From Chitinophaga pinensis (GTDB lineage: Bacteria > Bacteroidota > Bacteroidia > SXHM01): a stretch of 64,000 nt of DNA. Position 1 is the first letter of the stretch, and every line of letters starts with the position of its first letter. Where the stretch lies: the NCBI GenBank assembly GCA_945870105.1, contig CAMBRL010000003.1, positions 36 to 64,035 on the forward strand, given 5' to 3'. Under the pieces are notes generated by a model. That model had not been told where the DNA came from, did no database searches, and saw only the letters and a program-made list of their open reading frames with translations. Shown one piece after another: positions 19,347 to 29,288 of the stretch. A program made the position numbers and the translations under genes.

Positions 19347-19997
19347 TCAAAAACCCGGAACGGCATAAAAGAAAACTGCAAAATAATGAAGGATGCTTCC
19401 TGCCAGAACAAACAAATGCCAGATGCTGTGGCTAAAAGGCAAAGTCTTCCATTTATAGAAAATAAGTCCTGACATATAAAATAAGCCGCCAAGCGAAATT
19501 AAAATCAATCCGCCTGTTTGTATGTGTTCAACAGCCGGACCATAAAAAAAGATAAACAGCCAGGCCATAAACACATACAGCGAAGTTGAAAACGTTTCAA
19601 ATCTTCCGGTAAAAAACAGTTTGAAAATAATTCCGCCCGCTGCCATAGCGCCCATTATTAAGGCAAACATTAATCCTCCGCTGTGTTTTAGGTTTACGAA
19701 AAGAAATGGCATATAAGACCCCGCTATTAAAACATAAATAGCAGCATGGTCAAATACACGCAGTTTTAGTTTTACATGTGGCTTGTGAAAGCTGTGATAA
19801 AGTGTAGAGGCTGTGTAAAGAACAATCAGCGAACCACCAAAAATGCTTACAGCAACCAAATGCGAAAACTCATCAAAACCAATGGATTTATAAAGTAATG
19901 CAATAAGCCCGATAATACTAAGAAACAAGCCCGCGCCATGGGTAAGGCTGTTTACCAGTTCTTCATTTTTTGTTTGCGGATGGTCGTTTAATCTCAT
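19347..19997 (-). CDS. Hemolysin III / PAQR (TrhA-like) membrane protein
   Basis: EELVNSLTHG, ASTLYH, DHAAIYVLIAGSY, HSIWHLFV. Confidence 0.92.
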   Translation of the reverse strand: MRLNDHPQTKNEELVNSLTHGAGLFLSIIGLIALLYKSIGFDEFSHLVAVSIFGGSLIVLYTASTLYHSFHKPHVKLKLRVFDHAAIYVLIAGSYMPFLFVNLKHSGGLMFALIMGAMAAGGIIFKLFFTGRFETFSTSLYVFMAWLFIFFYGPAVEHIQTGGLILISLGGLFYMSGLIFYKWKTLPFSHSIWHLFVLAGSILHYFAVFFYAVPGF

Positions 19998-20006
19998 GAT
20001 GTGAGT

Positions 20007-21626
20007 TTATGCGGGTACTGCTTTTTCAACCTGTTTTCTTACTTCATTCACTAATCCCGGATTTTTTAAAACCGCTGACGCGGTTATTAGTCCTGCAAAT
20101 AAGGCGCCTCCGATACCAACGGTAACAACATCCTGTCCTGTTAGGAAAAGATTTTTCACAGGAGTGTGTGCTCTCAGGAATTTATGTCTGAAACGGTCAG
20201 TAGTATGGTCAATTCCGTAAATCTCACCGCTTGCATACGAAGTAAAATGTTTAGTAGAAAGAGGAGAAGACAATTCGTAAAAATCAATCTTCCCTTTCAG
20301 TTGAGGAACAGTTTTATAAAGTTGTTCCAGCAAACGATTCGAAAAATTCTCCTTCAGTTTTTCATATTCATCACCACGTTTTTTCCAACGCGCATCTTCC
20401 CAGTCTTTAAACCATTCGTAAGGAGCAAGGGTAATAATTTCAACCGTTGATTTTCCGGGATAACGATTCTCCCAATCAGGGTCTTTGGCAGATGGGAAGG
20501 AGATATAAACCACCGGAAATTCTTTACTCGGGTCGGCAATAAAATCTTTAACAGCTTTGTCGTGGTCGTAATGCGGATAAATCCAGTAGTTGGCATTTCC
20601 AAGACCAAGATCTTTCCAGTTCTCTTTTATTCCGATGTAAAGACAAACGTGCGCAACCGATGGCTGCACCAATTTCAGCTTTTCGCGCATCCCGTGTTTG
20701 TCTGCAACCTCATTGTTTACCAGATGTCCGAAAGTGTTTTCAATTCCTGCGTTGCTGATAATAATGGGAGCAAACAGTTCACTGCCGTCTTCCATTTTCA
20801 CACCAACTGCTTTGTTGTCTTTAATGATTATTTCCTGAACGCCAGCGTTCACATAAACCTCACCACCGGCATTTTTTATGATCGGATAAATAGTTTCTGC
20901 TATGCGTTGCGAACCGCCAATCGGATAGGCGCCACCATTGATATAATGCTTCGCCACCATAGCGTGAATAGCAAAACTGCTCGATGCAGGTGGCAAGCCG
21001 TAATCACCGTATTGTCCTGCAAGTACACCAATCAACTCTTTGTTTTTGGTAAGGCTTTGCAGAACTTCTAATGTTGTCCGGTCGCTTTGTTTTAAAAATG
21101 GTGGCTTGAAAAATAATCCGGCAATACTCCCCAAAAACGGGGGCAGAGCCCGCTCGCTGAAAAAATTCGCTGCGCTGTGCGCTGTTTTATAAATCAGGTA
21201 AACATACTCGTCAATCGCATCTTCCTCACCCGGAAAATATTCCTTCATCTTACTCAGGAAATTTTCTTTGCCCGCCACATAATCGTATTGTTTACCGCCA
21301 ATAACCATTTTGTCATAAACGGCATCCATTTCAGCCCACTTCAATTCGCCATCGGTAACGTAATTGAAGAGTTGATACAAAAAAGTTTTTTCGCGGTTTA
21401 CCTCGCCCACATAGTGCAAGCCCACATCCCATTCATAATCCCTGCGTTTAAAGACGTGGGTAAAACCACCTGCCACATAATGCTTCTCCAGCACCAATAC
21501 TTTTTTCTTCGCTTTTTTTGCAAGAATGGCTGCAGTTCCTAAGCCACCAAGCCCCGAGCCGATTACAATGGCATCGTAGTTTTCGCTTGAATGTTGTTTT
21601 TTGTATGAAGGCCAGGTTTTTGACAT
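20007..21626 (-). CDS. FAD-dependent oxidoreductase, phytoene desaturase / retinol saturase-like
   Basis: IGSGLGG, EKHYVAGG, DVGLHYVG, YPIGGS, LTGQD. Confidence 0.85.
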   Translation of the reverse strand: MSKTWPSYKKQHSSENYDAIVIGSGLGGLGTAAILAKKAKKKVLVLEKHYVAGGFTHVFKRRDYEWDVGLHYVGEVNREKTFLYQLFNYVTDGELKWAEMDAVYDKMVIGGKQYDYVAGKENFLSKMKEYFPGEEDAIDEYVYLIYKTAHSAANFFSERALPPFLGSIAGLFFKPPFLKQSDRTTLEVLQSLTKNKELIGVLAGQYGDYGLPPASSSFAIHAMVAKHYINGGAYPIGGSQRIAETIYPIIKNAGGEVYVNAGVQEIIIKDNKAVGVKMEDGSELFAPIIISNAGIENTFGHLVNNEVADKHGMREKLKLVQPSVAHVCLYIGIKENWKDLGLGNANYWIYPHYDHDKAVKDFIADPSKEFPVVYISFPSAKDPDWENRYPGKSTVEIITLAPYEWFKDWEDARWKKRGDEYEKLKENFSNRLLEQLYKTVPQLKGKIDFYELSSPLSTKHFTSYASGEIYGIDHTTDRFRHKFLRAHTPVKNLFLTGQDVVTVGIGGALFAGLITASAVLKNPGLVNEVRKQVEKAVPA

Positions 21627-21647
21627 AACTGCAAACGTGGGAGTTTT

Positions 21648-22499
21648 TTAATATCCGTAATCTTTGTAACCCTTTGTAAACTCTTCGGGAGCTATCACAG
21701 GATTTACTACTAAGTTATGGTACTCATAAGTAGCCATCAAACCTTTGGTGTCATAAAGCTCCTGATAAATGGGCAAATAGGTTAGTTTATCAATGTAAAC
21801 CACAATTCTTTTAGCATACGTGATGGGCACTTTAATCACCTGTCCGGCTTTTACAGAAGTAAAACTCTTCATCCCGTTTATCTCCATCAGGTTATATTCA
21901 CCCACTTTTTTCTTGCGTGCAATTTTTATTAGATCTTCTCCTGCCAGCACCGTGTAATCAACATATTTGTACTCTTTGTTATCCAGCACAATTTTATAAA
22001 CATCTCTGCCGTCCCATTTTATAATTCCTTCGTTTTTCATAAACTCATCAATCTTTGCTTTGTAGCGGTCGTGCGCATCTTTCAATAGTTCACCCGTGTA
22101 AACAAAACCAAGTTCGTGAATGGTATGGTGCTGGTCCGTCCTTAAAATATCTCCGTAGGGGTCAAGGTTAAGGTTGATGTAAGGAAACGCATTTGGATTT
22201 ACCAATGCATTGTTATTATTTGTACCGCTGATATATAAAACCTCAGCGCCTTCATTCGGCTTTGCAATTTTCAGGTAACATTTAAAGGGGGTTGTACTCA
22301 TCTTCACCTGTTGGTCACCGGCAGCCATTTTTCCATTTGCCATCCGCTCGTTTTTTACTAATCGGAATTTCAATGTTTTCACATTGGCAATGGAAGCCAT
22401 CATTTTATCAAACAGTTCGGTGTGTGCAGGCATGGGTTGCGCCCAAACACTTGAAAGTGCTACAAAAAATGCAATAAAGAGGAAAATCAGTTTTCTCAT
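21648..22499 (-). CDS. DUF1571-like secreted protein with LysM domain
   Basis: Signal peptide; GAEVLY, HHTIHELG; YTVLAGEDL...GQVIKVP LysM. Confidence 0.7.
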   Translation of the reverse strand: MRKLIFLFIAFFVALSSVWAQPMPAHTELFDKMMASIANVKTLKFRLVKNERMANGKMAAGDQQVKMSTTPFKCYLKIAKPNEGAEVLYISGTNNNNALVNPNAFPYINLNLDPYGDILRTDQHHTIHELGFVYTGELLKDAHDRYKAKIDEFMKNEGIIKWDGRDVYKIVLDNKEYKYVDYTVLAGEDLIKIARKKKVGEYNLMEINGMKSFTSVKAGQVIKVPITYAKRIVVYIDKLTYLPIYQELYDTKGLMATYEYHNLVVNPVIAPEEFTKGYKDYGY

Positions 22500-22520
22500 T
22501 TCGGTATTTAAATTTAATAA

Positions 22521-23432
22521 TTAGTAGCGTATTACAGCGGCCACGGCATAGTGGTCACTCAGATCTTTTCTGGTTCTGGTTTTATCCCAGGCCTGTTGAA
22601 TAACTTCAATCGTGCGGTCAATCCATGCCGAGCATTTCCCGTTTTCTTTTATAAGAATATAATCCAGCAACTGCGGAGTACGGTTAGCATCTGCCTCAAA
22701 CAAATCGTTCTCTCTTCCGCCCCAGGTTCCAAGGTCTTTCAGCCACGATTTTGTTTTACGAGGAGCACAATCTTCAGCATTTAAAAGTGTAAGCATATCG
22801 CAGTATCCGGCTTCCTCAGGCATTGTATTCAAATCGCCAACAATAAACTGTGGCACATTTTCTTTTTCATAAGGCTTCAGCAATTTTTCAGCAATATCCT
22901 GAAATTGGTCTTTGCGCACTTCCGGATAATTCTCCGCCTGTAAATGGGTTCCTATCACCTGAAAGATTTTTCCGTTTTTTGTCAGCTCAACAAGTATCGC
23001 GCCTTTTTTAGATATGCAGTCAGCAATCTTGCAGGTGTTAAATTCAATAGTGGCAACCGAAGTAAATTCCAGCTTGCTCAAAATCCAGACACCGCTGTTC
23101 AATTTAAGAAAACCTCCATCGCCCGGCCCTGTCGAAAAAGGAAACTTCTCTTTCAAACCTTCCCACAAAATTTCTCTTGCCTTTTTTTCAAACGCTTCCT
23201 GAAAAACAATCACATCATACGCCTCATTTTTCAGTTGTTCTGCAATCGCCTCAGCCCGTTCCAGTTGTCCTATTTTAGGAAAAAACACGTTGGGTAACAT
23301 ATAGATATTCCAGGAGAGAATGCGAAGCTCGTCAGCTCCCGTTGTAACAACGGAAGGGCTTTGTGCCTGCGCAAAAACAGAACACAATACAAAGCAGCAG
23401 ATGCTTATGTATTTTAGAAACAGATTTTTCAT
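22521..23432 (-). CDS. Sphingomyelin phosphodiesterase-like EEP hydrolase
   Basis: LSWNI, FQEAF, KGA, THLQA, GDLN, LDYI, SDHY. Confidence 0.85.
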   Translation of the reverse strand: MKNLFLKYISICCFVLCSVFAQAQSPSVVTTGADELRILSWNIYMLPNVFFPKIGQLERAEAIAEQLKNEAYDVIVFQEAFEKKAREILWEGLKEKFPFSTGPGDGGFLKLNSGVWILSKLEFTSVATIEFNTCKIADCISKKGAILVELTKNGKIFQVIGTHLQAENYPEVRKDQFQDIAEKLLKPYEKENVPQFIVGDLNTMPEEAGYCDMLTLLNAEDCAPRKTKSWLKDLGTWGGRENDLFEADANRTPQLLDYILIKENGKCSAWIDRTIEVIQQAWDKTRTRKDLSDHYAVAAVIRY

Positions 23433-23476
23433 GGAGATATACTACCGTGCAAAAATACTAAGAAAAAAGGGCAAAT

Positions 23477-23518
23477 AAAAAAATCCCTCTTGCAGCAACC
23501 CGACTGCAAGAGGGATTT
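23477..23518 (-). terminator. Intrinsic terminator downstream of the 328-aa gene
   Basis: 15-bp stem AAATCCCTCTTGCAG/CTGCAAGAGGGATTT with U-tract on minus strand. Confidence 0.75.
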
Positions 23519-23555
23519 ATGCAATGCCAACAAGAAAGGCACTGCGTTTTTTGCC

Positions 23556-24542
23556 TTAAATCACCTTCACCTCATAGCTGATAACCACACCGTTCGGGTT
23601 ATAGCAGTTTACAAAAGGTTTTTCGCCTCCCAATTGAGCCCATGTAAATGTATCCGCATTGGCGTTGGTAACATAAACACCCGAACCGCTGAAACCTTCC
23701 AGCTCGCTGTTTGCCGAAAACAACCAGAAGCCCGGACCATCTGTACAGTCTGCTTTAAACGCGCTGTCAGTTTCTAAATCCTCTTCTTTAAACAAATTCA
23801 ATGTGTTTCCGCTGTTAAGCGTTCCTGTTTTTAATAGTCCGCTTTCGCCCGGTGTACCAACCAACTCAAGCAAATTCACCAATACAAATTGCTTTTTCAC
23901 CGCAGCATTATTTTTAAAATACGCTACACCATCATCCATCATCAGGCGCATCTTTTCATAAATCAGATCATTCGCATCGCTTTTGGTTTGTGTGCCTGTT
24001 TGCGCGCCTTCTTCTGCTTGTAAAAAAGCTAAGTGTGCAGTATCAAAATCATTCTTGATACCCAGAAACTCAGCAGCAAAACCTGCAGGCATATTATCCG
24101 GTGTTCCGGTTTCTAAGTTTATGGCAAGCACAGCACTGTTATCCAATATAAACTGATAAGCATTGCTCATCATCAGTGCAATCATATCCCAGTCACTCTC
24201 TCCGCCAAGGTCATACTGGTCTTTCCCGGCTGCTTCCGTTTTGGGTTTGCGCTCTGCTTTCACATAAGCCGATACAATATACCGCTCCAGATAATTCCAG
24301 TATTCGCGGCATATTCCCGCTTTCACCTTCAGTTGTATGCGCAGCGTTTCGTGCGCATCATCCCGCGCCTGTTCGTCAGGCAGGTTTTCGGCAGCATCTA
24401 TTTCTGCCATGCGTGCAGCTATATAAGCAGCGTTGTAAAATCCTTTGCGTGCAGCAAACACAGCAACATTGTTTAGGCAGTTCTGCCATGCTAAGCGGCA
24501 CACTGTATAAAGCACCGCCATTGAAAAATTATAGTTACTCAT
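23556..24542 (-). CDS. Uncharacterised protein (helical N-domain plus beta-rich C-domain), homolog of 40602-41330
   Basis: 328-aa ORF with its own terminator; manual alignment to the 242-aa ORF. Confidence 0.8.
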   Translation of the reverse strand: MSNYNFSMAVLYTVCRLAWQNCLNNVAVFAARKGFYNAAYIAARMAEIDAAENLPDEQARDDAHETLRIQLKVKAGICREYWNYLERYIVSAYVKAERKPKTEAAGKDQYDLGGESDWDMIALMMSNAYQFILDNSAVLAINLETGTPDNMPAGFAAEFLGIKNDFDTAHLAFLQAEEGAQTGTQTKSDANDLIYEKMRLMMDDGVAYFKNNAAVKKQFVLVNLLELVGTPGESGLLKTGTLNSGNTLNLFKEEDLETDSAFKADCTDGPGFWLFSANSELEGFSGSGVYVTNANADTFTWAQLGGEKPFVNCYNPNGVVISYEVKVI

Positions 24543-24650
24543 GATTTCTACTTTTTGTGTCAGTCAGCCCCTGACTATGCAGGGCTTTTTGCCTCCCAAC
24601 TTGTTAATACTAATTCTCAATTATGTGCGTAGAAATCATTTCATTTTTTC

Positions 24651-24765
24651 ATTCATTATTCGTTATTCGACATTCTATTGTTCGACATTCGTTATTCAAC
24701 ATTCAGTATTCAACATTTTCTTTTTTCTATCTTCTATTTGCTATTTTCCATCCTCCAACTTCCAC
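24651..24765. repeat. Degenerate heptamer tandem repeats (ATTCnnn, then TTTCTAT/CTTCCAn)
   Basis: attcatt attcgtt attcgac attctat ... attcaac attcagt attcaac; then cttctat ttgctat tttccat cctccaa cttccac. Confidence 0.8.
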
Positions 24766-24854
24766 CCCAAAGTTCCCCCAAAAACCACCACCCTCCATCA
24801 CATCTTTTCCATTACAACTTTTCCATTAGTAGAAAACCACTAATCAAAAACCCG

Positions 24855-25112
24855 TCACAAAATCCTCCTCCTTTTAAACCTTCCCTTAGTATCAAAGCCA
24901 TTTTCCACCGCTACTGCTGCCAGCCTTGCAGCATTATTAACTTGCAAACTCTTAAACAAAATCCCCATCTCCGTATTAAGCGTACTCTCAGCAATACCAA
25001 GCTTTTCAGCTATTTCCTTGCGTTCAAAACCCAATATCACCAACGCTATTATCTTAGCGTTATGCAGGGTTATGCTTGTTTTTCCGAATTTCAGATACTC
25101 AATTGTTTTCAT
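24855..25112 (-). CDS. Stand-alone LuxR/GerE-type HTH protein
   Basis: LGFERKEIAEKLGIAESTL...FKSLQVNNAARL. Confidence 0.75.
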   Translation of the reverse strand: MKTIEYLKFGKTSITLHNAKIIALVILGFERKEIAEKLGIAESTLNTEMGILFKSLQVNNAARLAAVAVENGFDTKGRFKRRRIL

Positions 25113-25237
25113 GATGTTTTAAATTTAAAAAGGTTCGTTATTCTGTTTTCTGCACAAAACGGTAAAACCCGTTCTTAATCCGATAACGAAAAACAACACA
25201 GATTTATTGTGTTAACAAATGTTAAAAAATCATTGTC

Positions 25238-25275
25238 GTAGGGGCGGGGCTCGCCCCCGCCCATCCTGTCCCTAC
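25238..25275. repeat. GTAG-type REP-like palindrome
   Basis: GTAGGGGCGGGGCTCGCCCCCGCCC...CCCTAC. Confidence 0.6.
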
Positions 25276-25315
25276 CCTTTCCATTACCAAACATCATACA
25301 TAGTATCTTTGCCCT

Positions 25316-25504
25316 ATGGACATCCACTCCAGCCAAACCCGCAGCTACAACATGTCCCGCATCAAAGGCAAAGACACTAAGCCCGAAATGCTCGTGCGCA
25401 GGTTTTTATTTGCAAAAGCCTCCCGCTACAAACTGCACGATAAAACTCTGCCCGGTAAACCGGTTATTGTTTTGCCGAAATAGAAAACTGTTATGTTTGT
25501 TCAC
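25316..25504 (+). pseudogene. vsr: Very-short-patch repair endonuclease pseudogene
   Basis: MDIHSSQTRSYNMSRIKGKDTKPEMLVRR...LPGKPVIVLPK*KTVMFVH; in-frame TAG at 25481, PD changed to PV, truncated before GCFWHGH. Confidence 0.85.
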
Positions 25505-25520
25505 AGTTTAAATTTCAAAT

Positions 25521-25925
25521 ATGATTGATGTTACTTGCGCAATTATCCTAAAAGAGAATAAAATCTTAGTAACTCAACGAAGCGAGAAGATGAAATTACC
25601 ATTGAAGTGGGAATTTCCTGGCGGTAAAGTTGAAGAAAATGAAACAGAAGAAAATTGTTTGTTAAGAGAAATAAAAGAGGAGCTTAATCTAGAAATTGGA
25701 CTATTAGAGAAATTAGAATCTAAATGTTTTGATTACGAAACATTTTCAATCCGACTTATTCCTTTTGTTGCAATATATGTATCGGGTGAAATTATTTTAG
25801 CTGAACACAAAGATTATAAATGGTTAGAAAAGGAAGAATTAAAATCTTTGGATTGGGCTTTAGCTGATATTCCTGTATTGGAAGAGTTCTTAAAATTAAA
25901 TTATGACACAACAAGGACTCTATGA
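25521..25925 (+). CDS. MutT-like NUDIX (d)NTP pyrophosphohydrolase
   Basis: WEFPGGKVEENETEENCLLREIKEEL Nudix box. Confidence 0.92.
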   Translation: MIDVTCAIILKENKILVTQRSEKMKLPLKWEFPGGKVEENETEENCLLREIKEELNLEIGLLEKLESKCFDYETFSIRLIPFVAIYVSGEIILAEHKDYKWLEKEELKSLDWALADIPVLEEFLKLNYDTTRTL

Positions 25926-28900
25926 GCAACTAATTAATAAATTGATTTCTTCCAAACTGAATGATTTGGATAGAAACACTTTTTATATAAAGGAAAGTGT
26001 AATTGATAAAAATGAAGCTTCAAGAGTTTTATCACAATATCTAGTTGAAGTAATTCGATTTGCACTTAATCTTGTTTCTGGAGATGACAGTATCGAGAAA
26101 CAAATAGAGATTTCAAACAAAATAATTCTTCTTTTAAGAACTGAATTAAAGGAAGAAGATTTTGATGAAGATTTGATTTCAACAGAAGCAAAGATTCTTT
26201 CAGCAATTTTTTCAAAAATTGATGCGAGGTTTTCTGACTTTGAAAAACATCTCAAAGAAATAACTCCCTACACTAGATTATCTCAAAGCGAATTATTTAC
26301 AGGCAATAATGCAGGTATTTCACTTGAAAGTGAAATTAGAAAAGAGATTCTTTCTTCAGATAAAATCAACTTCCTTGTTTCATTTATCAAATTTTCAGGG
26401 ATAAGAATTTTTGAGAAGGAGTTATTTGAGTTTACTGAAAGAGGTGGGCAATTACAAGTAATTACTACTTCCTACATGGGGGCTACTGATTTGAAAGCAG
26501 TTGAATATTTATCAGGTTTGAAGAATACTGAAATCAAAGTTTCTTACAATACTGACAATGAAAGACTACATGCAAAAGCATATTTATTTTTCAGGAACAC
26601 GGGTTTTCATACTGGCTATATAGGCTCGTCAAACATTTCTCGTTCTGCATTGACAAATGGATTGGAATGGAATATTAAAGTAACCACAAAAGAGGTAGGA
26701 CACATTATTGATAAATTTCAAAAAACATTTGAAACTTATTGGGAGGATAAAGAATTTGAGTCGTTTGATAAAATTCTTCATACAGAAAAGCTGAGAGTAG
26801 CTCTGAAGAAAGAGAGAACGCATGAAAGAAATAATCCTGCTGCTTACTTTGATATTAAACCATTCCCGTTTCAGTCAGAAATTTTAGAAAAATTGGAAAC
26901 GGAAAGAATAGTCCACAACCGTTTTAGAAATTTAATTGTCGCTGCAACAGGAACTGGCAAGACAGTAATTTCAGCGTTTGACTTCAAAAAAATAAAAAAT
27001 AAAAACTCATCTGCCAAACTTTTGTTTGTTGCACACCGAAAAGAAATATTGCAACAGGCACAAGCAACATTTCAGGGAATATTGAAAGACAATAACTTTG
27101 GAGAGTTATGGGTTGATGGGATTGAACCCGAAAAATATGATTGTGTATTTGCATCAGTTCAAACATTAAATAACAGAATTGATTCGCTGACACTTTCAGA
27201 ATCATTTTATGATTTCATCATTGTTGATGAAGTTCATCACATTACTGCTTCAAGTTATCGTCCGATTTTAAATCGGTTCAAACCAAAAATTCTTTTGGGC
27301 TTGACAGCAACACCTGAAAGATTGGATGGAGAAAATATTCTTAAAGATTTCTGTAATACGATTGCTGCTGAAATTAGATTACCAGAAGCATTAAACAGAA
27401 AATTGCTTTGTCCTTTTCAGTATTTCGGAATAACAGATAGTATAGATTTATCAAATGTAACTTGGCAAAACGGAAAATATTTACCAAGTGAACTGACAAG
27501 AATTTATACTCAAAATGATAAACGAATTGGCGAAATTATTTCTAACCTGAACAAATATCTGAACGATATAAACAATGTAAGAGCTCTTTGTTTTTGTGTA
27601 ACCCAAGAGCATGCTCAATACATGGCAGAAAAATTTTCACTTGCTGGATTGAAAGCAGATTATTTAGTCAGCTCAAGAAATGAGTTGAGAGATGAATTAA
27701 GACGAAAGTTTTTAAACAAGGAAATTAATTACCTTTTTGTGGTTGACATTTTTAATGAGGGAATTGATATACCGGATATCGATACAGTTTTATTTCTTAG
27801 GCCTACTGAAAGTTTGACTGTTTTTCTACAACAACTTGGTAGAGGCTTAAGGTTAGCTGAAGGCAAAGAGTGTTTAACTGTTTTAGATTTCGTTGGGAAC
27901 TCAAGACCAGAATATGATTTCGAAGGGAAATTCAGAGCATTAGTAGGCAAAACAAACACTTCAATTGAAAAAGAGATTGAAGATAATTTTCCTCACCTGC
28001 CATTAGGCTGCTCAATTATTTTAGAGAAAAAAGCAAAAGAATATATTCTTCAAAATATTCATAATGCAACTTCATTTAATATAAATCAATTAATTGTTAA
28101 AATTCGTAATTATAAATATCAAACATCCTTACCCCTTACTCTTAAAAACTTTTCTAATTTTTACAATATTCCTCTACAATTAATTTACAAAAAAGGTAAT
28201 TGGAAAAGAATATGTGTGATGGCTGAGCAAATGGAAAATTATCCTGAAACAAATGAGAAAGAAATTTATAGAGCCATCAGGAAGAAGTGGTTTTCGTGTA
28301 ATTCAAATTCATATTTCCTGTTTATTTTATCTATAGCAAAGAATAATTTCAATATTATTTTCAACCAGTTTACTGAAGAAGAACAGTCGATGTGTTTAAT
28401 GCTTCATTATGACGTTTGGCAAAATGCTGGAGGATTTAATTCTCTGGAAGAAAGCATAAAAAAGATTGGAGTTAATAAAGTATTAGTAGATGAAATAATT
28501 GAAGTTTTAGAAATTTTGATAGACCGTATAGATTTTAAAGAAGTAAATATTCAATTGCCCTATAAGCAACCATTAAGGCTTCATGCTCGATATACAAGGG
28601 ATCAGATATTAGTAGCCTTTAAAATGTCAACTTTTGAAACAGCATCTTCAAATAGAATAGGAGGAGGTGTTGCAGAGAATAAAAAAATAAATACCGAAAT
28701 TCTTTTTGTTGATTTAATCAAATCTGAAGAGGATTTTTCTCCAACAACCATGTATAACGATTTTGCTATTAGTGAAACGTTGTTTCATTGGCAGTCACAA
28801 AATCAAACTAGAAATGATAAGGGGAAAGGTCTTACTTATATAAACCATAAAAGTTTAGGGAAACGCATTTTACTCTTTGTCCGTGAAAGAACAAAAGATG

Positions 28901-29049
28901 AATATGGCAACACTATGGGATATATTTTTATTGGTGATGGTAATTTAAAAGAATATTATGGTTCAAAGCCAATGAGTATCAAATGGGAATTGAGTGAGCC
29001 AATGCCTCACTATTTTTGGAAAGATATTGCTAAGATGTCAGTCGGTTAA
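25903..29049 (+). CDS. PLD-nuclease / SF2 helicase / DUF3427 protein, candidate anti-phage restriction factor
   Basis: RLHAKAY...GSSN; ATGTGKT, DEVHH, LTATPER, QQLGRGLR; C-terminal YNDFAIS..FHWQSQ; AT-rich. Confidence 0.88.
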   Translation: MTQQGLYEQLINKLISSKLNDLDRNTFYIKESVIDKNEASRVLSQYLVEVIRFALNLVSGDDSIEKQIEISNKIILLLRTELKEEDFDEDLISTEAKILSAIFSKIDARFSDFEKHLKEITPYTRLSQSELFTGNNAGISLESEIRKEILSSDKINFLVSFIKFSGIRIFEKELFEFTERGGQLQVITTSYMGATDLKAVEYLSGLKNTEIKVSYNTDNERLHAKAYLFFRNTGFHTGYIGSSNISRSALTNGLEWNIKVTTKEVGHIIDKFQKTFETYWEDKEFESFDKILHTEKLRVALKKERTHERNNPAAYFDIKPFPFQSEILEKLETERIVHNRFRNLIVAATGTGKTVISAFDFKKIKNKNSSAKLLFVAHRKEILQQAQATFQGILKDNNFGELWVDGIEPEKYDCVFASVQTLNNRIDSLTLSESFYDFIIVDEVHHITASSYRPILNRFKPKILLGLTATPERLDGENILKDFCNTIAAEIRLPEALNRKLLCPFQYFGITDSIDLSNVTWQNGKYLPSELTRIYTQNDKRIGEIISNLNKYLNDINNVRALCFCVTQEHAQYMAEKFSLAGLKADYLVSSRNELRDELRRKFLNKEINYLFVVDIFNEGIDIPDIDTVLFLRPTESLTVFLQQLGRGLRLAEGKECLTVLDFVGNSRPEYDFEGKFRALVGKTNTSIEKEIEDNFPHLPLGCSIILEKKAKEYILQNIHNATSFNINQLIVKIRNYKYQTSLPLTLKNFSNFYNIPLQLIYKKGNWKRICVMAEQMENYPETNEKEIYRAIRKKWFSCNSNSYFLFILSIAKNNFNIIFNQFTEEEQSMCLMLHYDVWQNAGGFNSLEESIKKIGVNKVLVDEIIEVLEILIDRIDFKEVNIQLPYKQPLRLHARYTRDQILVAFKMSTFETASSNRIGGGVAENKKINTEILFVDLIKSEEDFSPTTMYNDFAISETLFHWQSQNQTRNDKGKGLTYINHKSLGKRILLFVRERTKDEYGNTMGYIFIGDGNLKEYYGSKPMSIKWELSEPMPHYFWKDIAKMSVG

Positions 29050-29053
29050 TACC

Positions 29054-29288
29054 CCTGTTGAGCTTAGAGTCCCGCTACGCTCTGTTTAACAGGCGTCCCG
29101 CCTTTAATTATTTTTAGCCGTCAACCCATCTACGCGTGCATCGCCTGTGGGCGGCTGTCCACGCTGAGTGCGAACCACAAGTTTTGCGGCTGCTAAGCGC
29201 AGGCATGTGCGACAAGCAAAAGCTTATGGTTGGTCAGCGTGGTGCCTTTTCTTTTGTTACTTTTCTTTGGGCAAGCAAAGAAAAGTAA
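29054..29288. other. Highly structured non-coding element (nested hairpins)
   Basis: Stems 29054-63/29084-93, 29159-67/29234-42 with inner stem, 29257-69/29276-88. Confidence 0.6.

Noticed and set aside
24541-25178. Plus-strand ORFs 24541-24843, 24623-24829, 24678-25178
   Set aside because: Translations (IRYSTF, IRHS) are artefacts of heptamer repeats; one is antisense to the LuxR-HTH gene.
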